A DNA stretch of 64,000 nt from an uncultured Chitinophagaceae bacterium (GTDB lineage Bacteria > Bacteroidota > Bacteroidia > Chitinophagales > Chitinophagaceae): positions 11,950 to 75,949 of the forward strand of contig CAWFBO010000017.1 of assembly GCA_963814075.1 (NCBI GenBank), given 5' to 3'. The notes below the pieces were generated by a model. It ran no database searches. It saw only the letters and a program-made list of their open reading frames with translations, and was not told the DNA's origin. Below, one piece after another: positions 25,890-37,972 of the stretch; the stretch's first letter is position 1; every line of letters begins with the position of its first letter. The translations under genes and the position numbers were made by a program.

Positions 25890-26220
25890 CGAAAAAAAGG
25901 TTTGATCTTTTTTTGTAAACAGGCAGGACTTTTGTGCGATATAATTCCTATGTTGTAGAAGTGATTCAGCGAAAAGGAGCAAGGAGCAATTTTTTTAAAA
26001 ACAATCAATAAGGGATACAAAAAAGTCTTTGATGATGAGTGATTGTTCTTGTACCTCAGCTAAAAGGAATTTGTTTATCACCGGGGGGAAATGGCGTCTT
26101 TCCCGCGGGGGAAATAAGAGTGGAAACGGAATGTTATTTGAGTTTGATTCGCAATAAAAACGTTACTTTCAATGACTGTAATCGAACAAAATCAATTTTT
26201 TTCTTTTAGCAAAATCAATT

Positions 26221-26305
26221 TACATTTGGCGATATAAAAGCTTGATTAAAGGGAAATTACATTTATTCACAATTGCAATTTTTATTATTAATTTCCTTGA
26301 TATTT
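26221..26305 (+). promoter_or_regulatory. Bacteroidota -7 box (TACATTTG) plus conserved leader, copy 1
   Basis: TAnnTTTG consensus; the sequence is shared with 28833-28915. Confidence 0.6.
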
Positions 26306-26352
26306 TTTATGAGCCTCTATGTGGCTATTCTTTATCATAAAAAACCAAAAAA

Positions 26353-27132
26353 ATGCCTAAAAAATTCAACCATGTTATCTCAGTCTTTGCAGTAATTATT
26401 TTATTTCTTCCTTTTCAAACCATAAATGCCCAGCAGGAAAATATTCTTACTGCCCAAGAAAAGGCTGATGGTTGGCAACTTCTGTTTAACGGAAAAGATT
26501 TAAGCGGCTGGCATTCTTATCTTGAAAATGCGCCGGGAAAAGCGTGGCAGGTTAAAGATGGAATGATCTTTCTCAACAAAAATTCTAAAAGCGTTGAAAA
26601 AGATTTTGCTGACCTGGTAACGGATAAAGAATACGAAAACTTCGACCTGAAACTCGAATGGAAAATGGAACCGTGCGCCAACAGCGGCGTTATGTTTTAT
26701 GTAAATGAATCACCGAAATATCAAAACACTTATGAGACCGGCCCCGAAATGCAAATCACTGATTTGTCATGCCTGTACACTTCCAACCATAGTGAGATTA
26801 GCGATAGCCGGATTAACATGCATCGCGCCGGAGCGCTTTATGACCTGGCGCCTGCAGATACAGAATGGGTAAAGCCTGCACCGGAATGGAACACCTACGA
26901 AATTATTGCCAACAACGGGCATGTACAATTTTTTCAAAACGGGCATAAGGTGGTTGATACCGAATTTTGGGATAGCAACTGGTGGAAGAAAATCTCACGC
27001 ACAAAATTTCATCAATGGCCGGATTTCGGAACTTTCAGGACAGGCCATATTTCTTTGCAGGGAACAGAAGATGGGCACTTATGGTTTCGCAATATCAAAA
27101 TAAAGACTTTTAGGTTTGGACCTTCCACCTAA
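26353..27132 (+). CDS. DUF1080 protein (3-keto-glycoside processing family), copy 1
   Basis: Signal peptide; GWQLLFNGKDLSGW, NF.LKLEWK...NSGV, GPEMQI, GHISLQ, WFRNIKIK. Confidence 0.9.
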   Translation: MPKKFNHVISVFAVIILFLPFQTINAQQENILTAQEKADGWQLLFNGKDLSGWHSYLENAPGKAWQVKDGMIFLNKNSKSVEKDFADLVTDKEYENFDLKLEWKMEPCANSGVMFYVNESPKYQNTYETGPEMQITDLSCLYTSNHSEISDSRINMHRAGALYDLAPADTEWVKPAPEWNTYEIIANNGHVQFFQNGHKVVDTEFWDSNWWKKISRTKFHQWPDFGTFRTGHISLQGTEDGHLWFRNIKIKTFRFGPST

Positions 27133-27208
27133 AAAAAGCTTTCCCGTTTTTTGCAATAACTTATCTAACCTCAAATATTGTGTTCCATAATTCTAAATTA
27201 AAATTGAC

Positions 27209-28754
27209 ATGAAAAAACCTATTGGCAGGCGGGAGTTTATTAAAGATTCGGCTTTAACGGCAGCTGCCTTCACTATTGTACCAAGCCATGTATTAGGCGG
27301 AAAGCGGCATGTGGCGCCAAGTGACAAATTGTATATTGCCTGTGTGGGATGTGGTGGTGAAGCGCAAAATGATATTGAGCACTTTGCTTATTCGCCGAAG
27401 AAAAATGCGGTCATCGCTTTTCTTTGTGATGTTGATGATGTAAGATCTGCTGAAACGCGTAAGAATTTTCCAAAAGCTCCGTACTATCACGACTGGAGGG
27501 AAATGTTCGACAAGGAACACAAAAATTTTGATGCAGTTACTGTGGCAATACCGGATCATAACCATGCAATAGTTGGGCTAAATGCGATGAAATTAAATAA
27601 GCATTTGTACCTCCAAAAACCTTTGACGCACGATATTTATGAAGCACGCATTCTTACTGAAGCGGCGAAAAAATATAAAGTAGTGACCCAAATGGGAAAC
27701 CAGGGCGCTTCGTTTGACGGAATGAGAACTTTAAAAGAATGGTTTGACGCAGATTTAATTGGGGAGATAGAAAAAGTGTACAACTGGACTAATCGCCCTG
27801 TTTGGCCGCAAGGAATTCCCTGGCCGGATAAGACTGCCACCGGTTCCTGACACTTTAAATTGGGATTTATGGCTGGGAACAGCGCCGCAAACGGATTATG
27901 TAGACAATCTCGTACCATTCAATTGGCGCGGATGGTGGCGATTTGGAACCGGCGCTTTGGGCGATATGGGTTGTCATATTATAGGACCGTCATTTAAGTT
28001 GTTAGGATTGGGCTATCCCACCGAGGTAACGTGCGAAGCCGTTATAACTTATACGGGAATGTTCAAAGAAGTGGATGATCCTATGAGCATTCCCCCCGCC
28101 AGCAGGCTTCGTTACACTTTTCAACGCCCGGATGGGGGAGAGTTGAAACTTTATTGGATGGATGGGGGACTGGTACCCGAACGGCCGGATGAATTAGATC
28201 CCGATGTTAATCTGAATGATGCATTGGCCGGTGTTCCTAAGTTAGGAGACTATGAAGGAGGAACCTTATTTGTTGGTAAAAGAGGGAAGATCTCCTGTGG
28301 TTGGGGAGGCCGTAGCCCGCGATTGTTGCCTCTTTCACTAAACAACCAGGTAGACGTTGCTAAAAAATATCCGCGCGTAGCGGGATCAGCAAACGGTCAC
28401 TGGTGGCAATGGGTGGATGCGGCTATTGCAGGTTATCACAACGATTATCCGGGAAATGCTGCACTTCCTATGCCGGGGAAGGAAAAAGCTTACGTAGATT
28501 CTCCCTTTGAAGATTACGCCGGGCCTGTTACAGAAACCGTGTTGATGGGTAATCTTTTATTGAGAAGTTTTGGTATTCGTGAAAAAACAAAAAGGCATGA
28601 CCCGGTGTATGGCGAGGTAGAAGACATTACAACTCCCGGCCGTTACATAGCTTACAAGTGGGATGGAGCCAATATGCGCATTACCAATTTTGAACCAGCC
28701 AACCAGTTTGTAAAGAGAGAATACCGGCAGGGTTGGGGAGAATTGAAGTTGTAG
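27209..28754 (+). CDS. Tat-signal Gfo/Idh/MocA oxidoreductase, copy 1 (frameshift near 27845)
   Basis: RREFIK, DAVTVAIPDHNH, YLQKPLTH, TQMGNQG, WDLWLG, NWRGWW.FGTGALGDMGCH, REYRQGW. Confidence 0.9.
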
Positions 28755-28832
28755 TTATTTGTTTGTTTAGCAGTCTAAGGAAATGAAACAGTTTAGTCTG
28801 AAATTCATTTTTCTTTTTTGTTAAATAGCATA

Positions 28833-28915
28833 TACATTTGAGCCTATAAAAGCTTGATTAGGGGGAAATTAGGTTGTATTGCTCACAAAGTTCCGCCACT
28901 AATTTCTTTGATATT
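28833..28915 (+). promoter_or_regulatory. Bacteroidota -7 box (TACATTTG) plus conserved leader, copy 2
   Basis: TACATTTG...TATAAAAGCTTGATTA..GGGAAATTA...TAATTTC.TTGATATTT, shared with copy 1. Confidence 0.6.
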
Positions 28916-28961
28916 TCTTGAAAGTATTTCTACTATTTTTTATAACAAACAAACCTTAACA

Positions 28962-29699
28962 ATGCTAACAAAAATCAAATCTATTTTCAAATCCCTTGTA
29001 GTATTTATTTTATTCTTCGGTTTTCAAAATGCAAATGCGCAACAAGAAAATACGCTCACTGCGAAAGAAAAGTCAGATGGCTGGCAACTTCTTTTTAATG
29101 GAAAAGATCTCACGGGATGGCATTCATACCTTGAGAAGGCTCCTGGAAAAGCCTGGCAGGTGAAAGATGGTGCAATCGAACTGAATAAGAACAGCAATAG
29201 TGTTGAGAAAGATTTTGCTGACCTGGTAACGAATGAAGAGTATGACAATTTTGATTTTAAAATGGAATGGAAAATGGAACCATGCTCAAACAGCGGCGTA
29301 ATGTTTTATGTGCATGAAGATCCGAAATACCAGAATACCTACGAGTCGGGGCCTGAAATGCAAATAGCTGATCTTGCCTGCAATGACGATGGAAGAATTT
29401 TAAAATGTCGCGCGGGCGACCTGTACGATCTTGTTCCTGCCGACACCGAGTGGGTTAACGTCGCGCCTCATTGGAATAAGTACGAAATTATTGCCGATCA
29501 CGGGCATGTCACATTTATTCAAAATGGCCATAAAATAGTTGAAACCACTATGTGGGATGATCACTGGCGCGATATGATCGAAAACAGTAAGTTTAAGGAG
29601 TGGCCCGGTTTTGGCACTTTTAAGAAAGGTCATATTTCCTTCCAGGGAACAGAGAACGGGAAGCTTTGGTACAGGAATATTAAGATAAAGAAATTGTAA
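28962..29699 (+). CDS. DUF1080 protein, copy 2
   Basis: Same motifs as copy 1 (GWQLLFNGKDLTGW, NSGVMF, GPEMQI, GHISFQ); probable ATG at 28962. Confidence 0.9.
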   Translation: MLTKIKSIFKSLVVFILFFGFQNANAQQENTLTAKEKSDGWQLLFNGKDLTGWHSYLEKAPGKAWQVKDGAIELNKNSNSVEKDFADLVTNEEYDNFDFKMEWKMEPCSNSGVMFYVHEDPKYQNTYESGPEMQIADLACNDDGRILKCRAGDLYDLVPADTEWVNVAPHWNKYEIIADHGHVTFIQNGHKIVETTMWDDHWRDMIENSKFKEWPGFGTFKKGHISFQGTENGKLWYRNIKIKKL

Positions 29700-29821
29700 C
29701 TTTTCTGTGAAGCGTCATAAGAAGCAAAGACAAAAGTGGTTTTCCTTTGAGGCTTTTCCCCATAGCTACTATGTATGAAATCAAAAAAGATATTTTAAAA
29801 TCATAAATCATACCTACTATC

Positions 29822-31338
29822 ATGGAAGACCCAAAAATTCCCGGCAAACCATTAAGCCGGAAAGATTTTATAAAAAACACGGCTTTTACGGCAGCGGCAT
29901 TCACCATTGTTCCGCGTCATGTTCTTGGCGGAAAAGGTTTTACGGCACCAAGTGATAAATTATACATTGCGGCTGTAGGTTGCGGTGGTGAAGCTGAAAA
30001 TGACATTCATCACTATGCAACCGCGCCAAAGAAAAATGCTGTGATTGCTTTTTTATGTGACGTTGACGACAGGATGGCGGCTCCGAGAATAAAGGAATTC
30101 CCTAAAGCAGGATTTTACCATGACTGGCGTGAAATGTTTGAAAAAGAGCACAAAAATTTTGACGCGGTTTCCGTCGCTATACCTGATCACAATCACGCGA
30201 TAGTGGGGCTGAGCGCTATGCAATTGAACAAACATTTGTATTTACAAAAGCCTTTAACACATGATATTTATGAAGCACGAATTCTTACAAAGGCTGCAGA
30301 AAAATATAAAGTAGTTACGCAAATGGGCGACCAGGGTGCTTCCTGCGATGGCATGCGTACTTTAAGAGAATGGTTCGATGCCGGGCTTATTGGAGATATC
30401 ACCAAAGTTTACAACTGGACCAACCGACCGGTTTGGCCACAGGGAATTCCATGGCCTAAAGACAAGTCCACCTGTTCCCAAAGAATTGAATTGGGATCTT
30501 TGGTTGGGAACTGCACCCGAAACGAATTACATAGATAATTTAGTTCCTTTTAACTGGCGCGGTTGGTGGAAATTTGGTACCGGCGCTTTGGGCGATATGG
30601 CTTGTCATATCATAGGGCCTTCCTTTAAATTACTGGATCTTGGATATCCTACAGAAATTACCGGGATGGCAAGTACCATTTACTCCGGCATTTTCAAAGA
30701 AGCCGATTACCCGGAGAGTATTCCTGTTTCCAGCAAGCTGCGTTATAATTTCAAATTAAAAGACGGGCGAGATCTGAAATTGTTTTGGATTGATGGCGGC
30801 TTCGTTCCTGATCGTCCTGATGAACTTGATCCTGACGTAAACGAAAATGAAGCGTTGGCAGATACACCTGAAGAAAATATTTTGAAGGTGGAAGTTTGTT
30901 CATCGGAACAAAAGGAAAAATCTCCTGTGGTTGGGGTGGAAGCCATCCAAGGTTGTTCCCGCTTTCTTTGAATAAAGATATCAATGTGCCGAAAAAATAT
31001 CCGCGTGTGGAAGGAGGAATGGACGGACATTGGTGGCAATGGGTTGACGCATGCATTGCAGGTTATGGAAATATGGAAGTAGATTCTCCTTTTGTGGGAT
31101 ATGCCGGTCCTCTTACAGAAACTGTGCTGATGGGCAATTTACTGCTAAGAAGTTTTAATTTAAGAGAAAAGTCCAAAAACACGATCCTGTATATGGAGAG
31201 CTCGAACAAATTTCTACACCGGGACGCTACATCACTTATAAATGGGACGGAGAAAATATGCGCATCACCAATTTTGAGGCTGCCAACCAGTTTGTAAAAA
31301 GAGAATACCGGCAGGGTTGGGGAGAATTAAAATTGTAA
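29822..31338 (+). CDS. Gfo/Idh/MocA oxidoreductase, copy 2 (frameshifted)
   Basis: SRKDFIK Tat-like motif; same motifs as copy 1 across ORFs 29822, 30378 and 30896; ends REYRQGWGELKL* at 31338. Confidence 0.88.
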
Positions 31339-31486
31339 TTATTTATTTATTTACTGGCAACTACCGGGCATCAATTGCAAAACCGGCGATGCTTTTTATT
31401 ATTATAGCATTTTACTTTATGCACTATTTCGCTCTGTAAATTTGCTTATTTTTATTTAACCGGACAGATAATCAGTTAAGACATTA

Positions 31487-34400
31487 ATGGCAAATTCAAA
31501 CATCGGCACAGCTTCGAAAAACCACCAATATTTTCTTTCAGGCGACGGCGAAATGGCCAATCTTATCCGCAATAAAGATTGGAACACTACTCCTTTAGGC
31601 AATCCTGAAACATGGCCTGCTTCCCTTCGCACGATGGTTTCGGTTATGCTTGATAATCCTTTGGGAATGTATATTGCCTGGGGCAAAGAATATACGCAGC
31701 TTTACAATGACGGATTTCGGCCGATACTTGGTTCTTCAAAACATCCGGAGGCTTTAGGACTAAGTTCCGCAATAACTTTTGCCGAAATATGGGATACCAT
31801 TAAGCCGGTGTTTGAAAAAGTGATGCAAGGAGAATTCTGTTCTTGAAACAGACTTCATGGTTCCTCTTAATCGTGATGGTTTTAACCAAAAATATTATTT
31901 TGATTTTGCATACAGTCCTATTAAAAATGAAGATGGAAATCCTTGTGGTATTTTGGTTACTGTAAACGAAACTACCAACAAGAAAAAGGTAGAGGACGAA
32001 CTGAAGGACGCTAAAGAGCGCATGGAATATGCTACCCATGCTGCCGATATTGCTACCTGGGTTTTTGATCCTCAAAATGAAACTTTTGTTTGTGACAAGT
32101 TATTAAAAGACTGGTTTGGTTTGCCCGAAGCGGAAGTGTTTCCACTTGAACTGGCAATGGAGAAACTTATACCAAAAGATAAGGAGCCTGTTCAAAATGC
32201 AATAGAACAATCACTACAATATTCCCATCGGGGTTATTGATCATGAATGTACAATCGTTCATCCTGAAACAAAGCAATCGAGGATAATAAGAGTAAAAGG
32301 CAAAGCGGTTTTTAATGAAGACAAAATTGCTTACAAATTATATGGGATTCTCCAGGATATTACCAGAGAAACGCTGACACAGAGGAAGATAAAAGAAAGC
32401 ACATGCCAATTTTATGAAGATGATCCTCCAGGCGCCTTTTTCAATTGCGGTTTTAAGGGTCCCGACTACGTGGTGGAAGTGGTGAACGACAAAGCTTTGG
32501 AATTGTGGCAAAGGAAAAGAGAGGAGGTAATGGCACTACCGGTTATGGACGCGATGCCGGAATTGGTTGACCAGGGAATTAAAGAATTACTCGATGAGGT
32601 TTACAAAACAGGTAAGACATTTTCAGCAACCGAAATGCCGGTGCAGATTCTTAAAAATAATGATTTAGAAGAAATATTTATCAATTTTAATTACCAGGCA
32701 TTAACGAATGCCGAAGGAGCATCTGAAGGAATTTTCGCAATCGGGATGAACGTAACTGCGCTTGTTAACGCCCGTCGCCAGGTGGAAGAAAGTGAAAAAA
32801 TGCTTCGAAGCATTGTTGAAAATTCTCCGTTCCCAATAGGCGTCTACATAGGAAAAGAAATGAAGATACAATTGGCGAACCAGACAATGCTTGATACATG
32901 GGGAAAGGGAAATGAAGTAATTGGTAAATTATATACTGAGATTTTACCTGAACTGGCCAATCAACATGTTTTTGAGCAGTTGGAAACTGTTTATTCTACC
33001 GGAAACCGTTTCATGCACGAAATCAGAAGATAGATCTTGTGGTCGATAACCGGATGCAGACTTTTTATTTCAATTACAGTTTTACGCCATTATTTAATTT
33101 GGAAGGACAGGTTTATGGGGTAATGAATACCGCTGCTGATGTCACCGATCTTGTCAATGCGATTCAAAAAACAGAAAAAAGTGAAGAACAACTTCGCATA
33201 GCGCTTGATGGTGGAGAATTAGGCACCTTTGATTATTATCCCCTGGAAAACAAATTGTTTTGGTCTGCTAAAACAAAGGAGCTTTTTGGCCTTTCTCCTG
33301 ACGCAGAAGTGAATTACGAAATTTATATGCGCGCCATATACCCGGAAGATTCAGGTAATTCTTTGGCAATTATGCAGGATAATTTTCCATTCAGGAAAGT
33401 GGGCTGTATGAACTTGTATACCGCACAATTGGGATAGAGGACGGAAAACGTAAGATGGTTAAGGTCAAAAGGTAAAGCCACCTATAATGAGAAAGGAATT
33501 CCGGTTCGTTTTACCGGTGTCGTACAGGAAATTACTCAACTTAAGGAAGCGGAAGCAGAAAGAATACGAATTGAAAAGGAACTAAAAGAAAGCGAAGCAC
33601 GTTTCAGGATGTTTGCTGATTCTATGCCTCAAATTGTTTGGGCTGCGGATAATAATGGAAAGCTGACTTACATCAACAAAGCGTTTTACAACTATACAGG
33701 CCTCTCGTCTTCTGACAATATTGAAGAGGAGTGGTTTGAAATAATTCATCCAGAGGATAAAGAAGAAACTATGCGTGAGTGGGATAACTGTGTTAGAAAC
33801 GGTACGGAATACAAATGTGAGCATCGTTTTCGCCGGTATGATGGCGAATACCGCTGGCAGCTAAGCCGGGCAGTCGCCCTTAAGAATGAACAGGGAAACA
33901 TTGAGACCTGGGTTGGTACCAGTACGGATATCCAGGAGATAAAAGAACTTGACCAGCAAAAAGATCATTTTATCAGTATTGCAAGTCATGAATTAAAAAC
34001 GCCCATTACATCTATTAAAGGATATGTACAAATACTCGAAAGCATCTACAAAGAATCAGAAGACGCTTTTCTGAAAAAATCTTTAGCTGCAGTAGACAAG
34101 CAAATAGTAAAACTTACCAATCTCATTTCTGATCTGTTGGATCTTTCCAAGCTTAAGGTAGGCAATTTACATTTTGTAAAGGAATCATTCAATATGAACG
34201 AACTTATTGAAGAAGTAGTGGAAGAAATGAAATTGGTAAAACAGGACTATTCTTTTGAAGTCGCTTTGCAGACAGACGCAGAAGTGTTGGCTGACCGGGA
34301 AAGGATTTCACAAGTACTCGTTAATTTCCTAACCAATGCCATCAAATATTCCCCGCGAAATAAATTGATACAGGTAGAGAGCTTTTTAAAAGATAATTAT

Positions 34401-34628
34401 TTCACGGTCGTGGTAAAAGATTTTGGTATCGGTATCAGTGAGAAAAGCCAGGAAAAAATATTTGAAAGATTTTACCGGGTAGAAGGAACAAATGAAAAAA
34501 CTTATCCCGGGTTTGGAATTGGATTATTTATTTCTTCCGAAATCATTCAATGGCATAATGGAAAGATTGGTGTGAAAAGTGTTCCCGGCGAGGGTTCGGA
34601 ATTCTTTTTCAGTCTGCCGGCTGATTGA
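31487..34628 (+). CDS. Multi-PAS sensor histidine kinase (multiple frameshifts)
   Basis: GEMA.LIR.KDW..TPLG.PE.WP N-terminal PAS and several PAS/PAC repeats; HisKA FISIASHELKTP; HATPase NFLTNAIKYS, DFGIGI, GFGIGL. Confidence 0.88.
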
Positions 34629-34787
34629 TCCGGTATACCAATTGCGTCCGTCAATTATAGTAAACAAACAAATACTTTAAATTTTTATTTCGGTATTACG
34701 GTTATGGGTAAACGCAGAAGCCGGGCAAGTAAAAATAACAAAAGAATCAACCTGTTACCTTTGTAATTCGCACAATAATATTTGTCA

Positions 34788-34795
34788 TACATTTG
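34788..34795 (+). promoter_or_regulatory. Candidate -7 promoter box upstream of susC
   Basis: TACATTTG matches TAnnTTTG; a second match, TACCTTTG, is at 34756. Confidence 0.45.
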
Positions 34796-34891
34796 TCTAA
34801 AATGGTAAATTTTAAACCTTTTTTAGAGTTTGTTTAGCAAAGTGTGTAAATTACACTTTAATTTATTTAACGTTTACTTAATTACTTGATT

Positions 34892-37800
34892 ATGGGAAAA
34901 AAATTTCTCTTCAGCGTATTATTTCTGTTTTGTTGTTTCTTTCAAACATTCGCCCAGCAAAGAACTATAACCGGTAAGGTCACATCAAATGACGGAACGC
35001 CATTGGTGGGAGCTACTGTATTGGTCGTTGGACAAAAAACAGGAGCAAGCACAGGTAGTGATGGTACATTCACCATTAATGTGCCTCAAAGTGCCAAACA
35101 ACTTGAAGTTAGTTTTATTGGTTATCAATCGCAAACTGTTGATATTACCGCATCTTCCAATGTAGAAGTAAAGCTTCAAACTGCTGCAACAGCGTTGACA
35201 GATATTGTGGTAACCGGGTACGGAACTACCCGTAAAAAAGATTTGACCGGCGCTATTTCACAAATTTCATCAAAGGATTTCACGACTGGTAATATATCCA
35301 GTCCCGCTCAACTTTTCCAGGGGAAAGTGCCCGGAGTTGTGGTGACTGCACCCGGGGGAGATCCAAATGCAAATATTTCGATTCGTTTAAGAGGCCAGAC
35401 TTCTTTGTCCGGGGGCCAATCCCCTCTCATTGTTGTAGATGGAGTTCCTTTGGATGATCCAAATCAGTTTGCAGATATTCCTTCAAGTGATATCGCTTCT
35501 ATTGACGTTTTGAAGGACGCATCTGCATCTGCCATCTATGGGTCACGTGGATCGAATGGTGTAATAGTGGTAAATACAAAGAAAGGGGCAGCGGGCAAAA
35601 CAACCGTAACGTATGATGGTTCGGTTAGTGTAGATAAAGTTGCTAAACTGTATGACCTGGCCGATGCACCACAATGGAAGCAAGGTTACACTCAATTGCT
35701 TACTTCACAGGGAGCCAGTAGCGGTGATATTCAGGATGCAATTGCAGGGTATGATCATGGAGGGAATACAGATTGGCAAAAAGCTTTAACCCAAACAGGT
35801 GTTTCAACTGCACATGACATATCTCTCACCGGGGGAGCGCACGGTTTTAGTTATCGTGCTTCAGCTAATTACCTGGAACAACAGGGAGTTGTAATTAATT
35901 CCGGCAGAAATCAGTTAGGCTTGCGTTTTACTGCACAACAAAAAGCTTTAAATGATAAACTTACATTGCAGGTTGGCGTTATAAATTCGACAACTAATAG
36001 AAAATTAACCGACTATAATATTTTCTACGAAGCATATAGTTCACCTTCGGTATATCCTGTTAAAAACCCTGACGGGTCTTATTTTGCTTATACCGATTTT
36101 GCTCTCCAAAATCCTGTTCAACAACAGGCTGAGGAAACTGATAAATCTATAGAGACCCTTACGATCATGAATGCGACAGTAGATTATGAATTGGTACATG
36201 GCCTGAAAATAGGAGTAAGAGGCTCGTCTTCAAGATTTAATGATCAATACGAATTTTTTGAACCTGTATTCCCATTGGTCGGAAACTCGAATGTGGGTGC
36301 GTTAGCAAGTTCGAATAGTAGTTCCAAAAAGGGAGATATCCACGTTAATTTCGATAAAGACTGGGGTAAAAGCAATTTGTCTGCGTTAGCTGTATATGAA
36401 TATAATGATTTTAATTATAATGCCCATGGCGCTGTTGCCTCTAATTTGCTTTTAGGTGACATCGGAGCATGGAGTTTACAATCTGCACCTCAAGCTTTTC
36501 AACATTCATATACTGATAGAAACGAATCCCAATTGATTTCGTATTTAGGTAGGGCAGCATATAATTGGGATCAAAAGTATTTTGCAACAGCAAGTTTCCG
36601 CGCTGATGGTTCTTCTAAGTTTGGACCGAAGAATGCATACGGGTACTTCCCTTCTTTCTCGGTAGCATGGAGGTTAAGCAACGAATCATTTATGCAGGGG
36701 CTTCAATGGCTTAACGAGTTTAAGATTAATGCAGGATGGGGTAAAACCGGTGACCAGGAGAATATTGGAGCTTATACTAAACTTCAACTGTATGGCCCTG
36801 TAGGTTCTTATTATGATGCTTCAAAAGGATTGTGGTTAACTGAATACGGTCCAAGTCAAAATTCAAACCCGAACCTTCAATGGGAAGAAAGAGTGGGAAG
36901 AAATATAGGATTTAATTTTGCTGTTTTAAATAACAGGTTAACAGGAGCCTTTAACTACTTCAGTGATAAAAGTACAAAGTTGTTGTACGATTATACAATC
37001 CCATTCCCAAGTCCTGGTGCGGTAGTAAATACGTTGTTGGCAAACGTGGGAACGATGACCAATAAAGGCGCTGAATTTAATGTCAACTTTGAAGCGGTAA
37101 AAAATCAAAATTTCTCATGGACAGTTGGTGGGCAAATCAGTTCAGTTAAGACGAGGATTACAAGCTTAAGCGGAAGCTTTAGTAATGGTGTTTCAACGTA
37201 TCAACTTTCAACAGACCAGGTATCAGAAGGAAGTGCCCAGGGAAGGGGTTTGAGTGGTGCACCGATTACTTATTTGAAGGTTGGATATACACCTTATGTT
37301 TTCTGGATGCCACATTATGTAGGCCTGGATAAAGACGGAAACGAATTATACCAGGTAGACGGAGGAAGCCCAACCACTGATGTATTGCAGGCTTCTAATT
37401 ATTATACTGATCCTGCACCTAAATTCCATTATGGATTCACATCTGATTTCGCTTATAAAGCATGGGATTTTAGTTTCTTCCTGAGGGGTGTTTCCGGGGG
37501 AAAGATATTTGACAATTCAAGAATGGTATTAGATAATATTAACCGCTTTGGCGGAAACAACGGAACGGTAGAAGCCTTGAGCAATGGTATTACCAACGCT
37601 CCGCAGGCCTCAGATCATTGGCTTGAAAATGCCTCTTACCTGAGAATGGATAACATGAATTTATCATATACCTTTAAACCTAAGGGCCTATTTCAGGCAA
37701 TCAGGGTTTATGCCGCAGCAAATAATGTTTTCATTATTACTAAATATCGTGGGTTAGATCCTGAAGTGTATGTTACTTCAGGACCGGGAAATGTAATGTT

Positions 37801-37945
37801 TGATGCTTTGGGAAGTGCCGGTGTTGGCAATAGCTTCTTACCGGGAGGATCAGTAGGTGCTTATATCGATGCATCCTATTCCGGATCAGGGTATTATCCA
37901 AAAACTCATTCCTACACCCTTGGAGTAAATGTGACTTTAAAATAA
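34892..37945 (+). CDS. susC: SusC/RagA TonB-dependent outer-membrane transporter
   Basis: CarboxypepD-like N-domain, VVTGYG, PLIVVDGVP, LKDASASAIYGSRGSNGVI, NPNLQWE, ENASYLR, YRGLDPE. Confidence 0.95.
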   Translation: MGKKFLFSVLFLFCCFFQTFAQQRTITGKVTSNDGTPLVGATVLVVGQKTGASTGSDGTFTINVPQSAKQLEVSFIGYQSQTVDITASSNVEVKLQTAATALTDIVVTGYGTTRKKDLTGAISQISSKDFTTGNISSPAQLFQGKVPGVVVTAPGGDPNANISIRLRGQTSLSGGQSPLIVVDGVPLDDPNQFADIPSSDIASIDVLKDASASAIYGSRGSNGVIVVNTKKGAAGKTTVTYDGSVSVDKVAKLYDLADAPQWKQGYTQLLTSQGASSGDIQDAIAGYDHGGNTDWQKALTQTGVSTAHDISLTGGAHGFSYRASANYLEQQGVVINSGRNQLGLRFTAQQKALNDKLTLQVGVINSTTNRKLTDYNIFYEAYSSPSVYPVKNPDGSYFAYTDFALQNPVQQQAEETDKSIETLTIMNATVDYELVHGLKIGVRGSSSRFNDQYEFFEPVFPLVGNSNVGALASSNSSSKKGDIHVNFDKDWGKSNLSALAVYEYNDFNYNAHGAVASNLLLGDIGAWSLQSAPQAFQHSYTDRNESQLISYLGRAAYNWDQKYFATASFRADGSSKFGPKNAYGYFPSFSVAWRLSNESFMQGLQWLNEFKINAGWGKTGDQENIGAYTKLQLYGPVGSYYDASKGLWLTEYGPSQNSNPNLQWEERVGRNIGFNFAVLNNRLTGAFNYFSDKSTKLLYDYTIPFPSPGAVVNTLLANVGTMTNKGAEFNVNFEAVKNQNFSWTVGGQISSVKTRITSLSGSFSNGVSTYQLSTDQVSEGSAQGRGLSGAPITYLKVGYTPYVFWMPHYVGLDKDGNELYQVDGGSPTTDVLQASNYYTDPAPKFHYGFTSDFAYKAWDFSFFLRGVSGGKIFDNSRMVLDNINRFGGNNGTVEALSNGITNAPQASDHWLENASYLRMDNMNLSYTFKPKGLFQAIRVYAAANNVFIITKYRGLDPEVYVTSGPGNVMFDALGSAGVGNSFLPGGSVGAYIDASYSGSGYYPKTHSYTLGVNVTLK

Positions 37946-37972
37946 TTTGATCAAAAATTTAATAATTGTATT

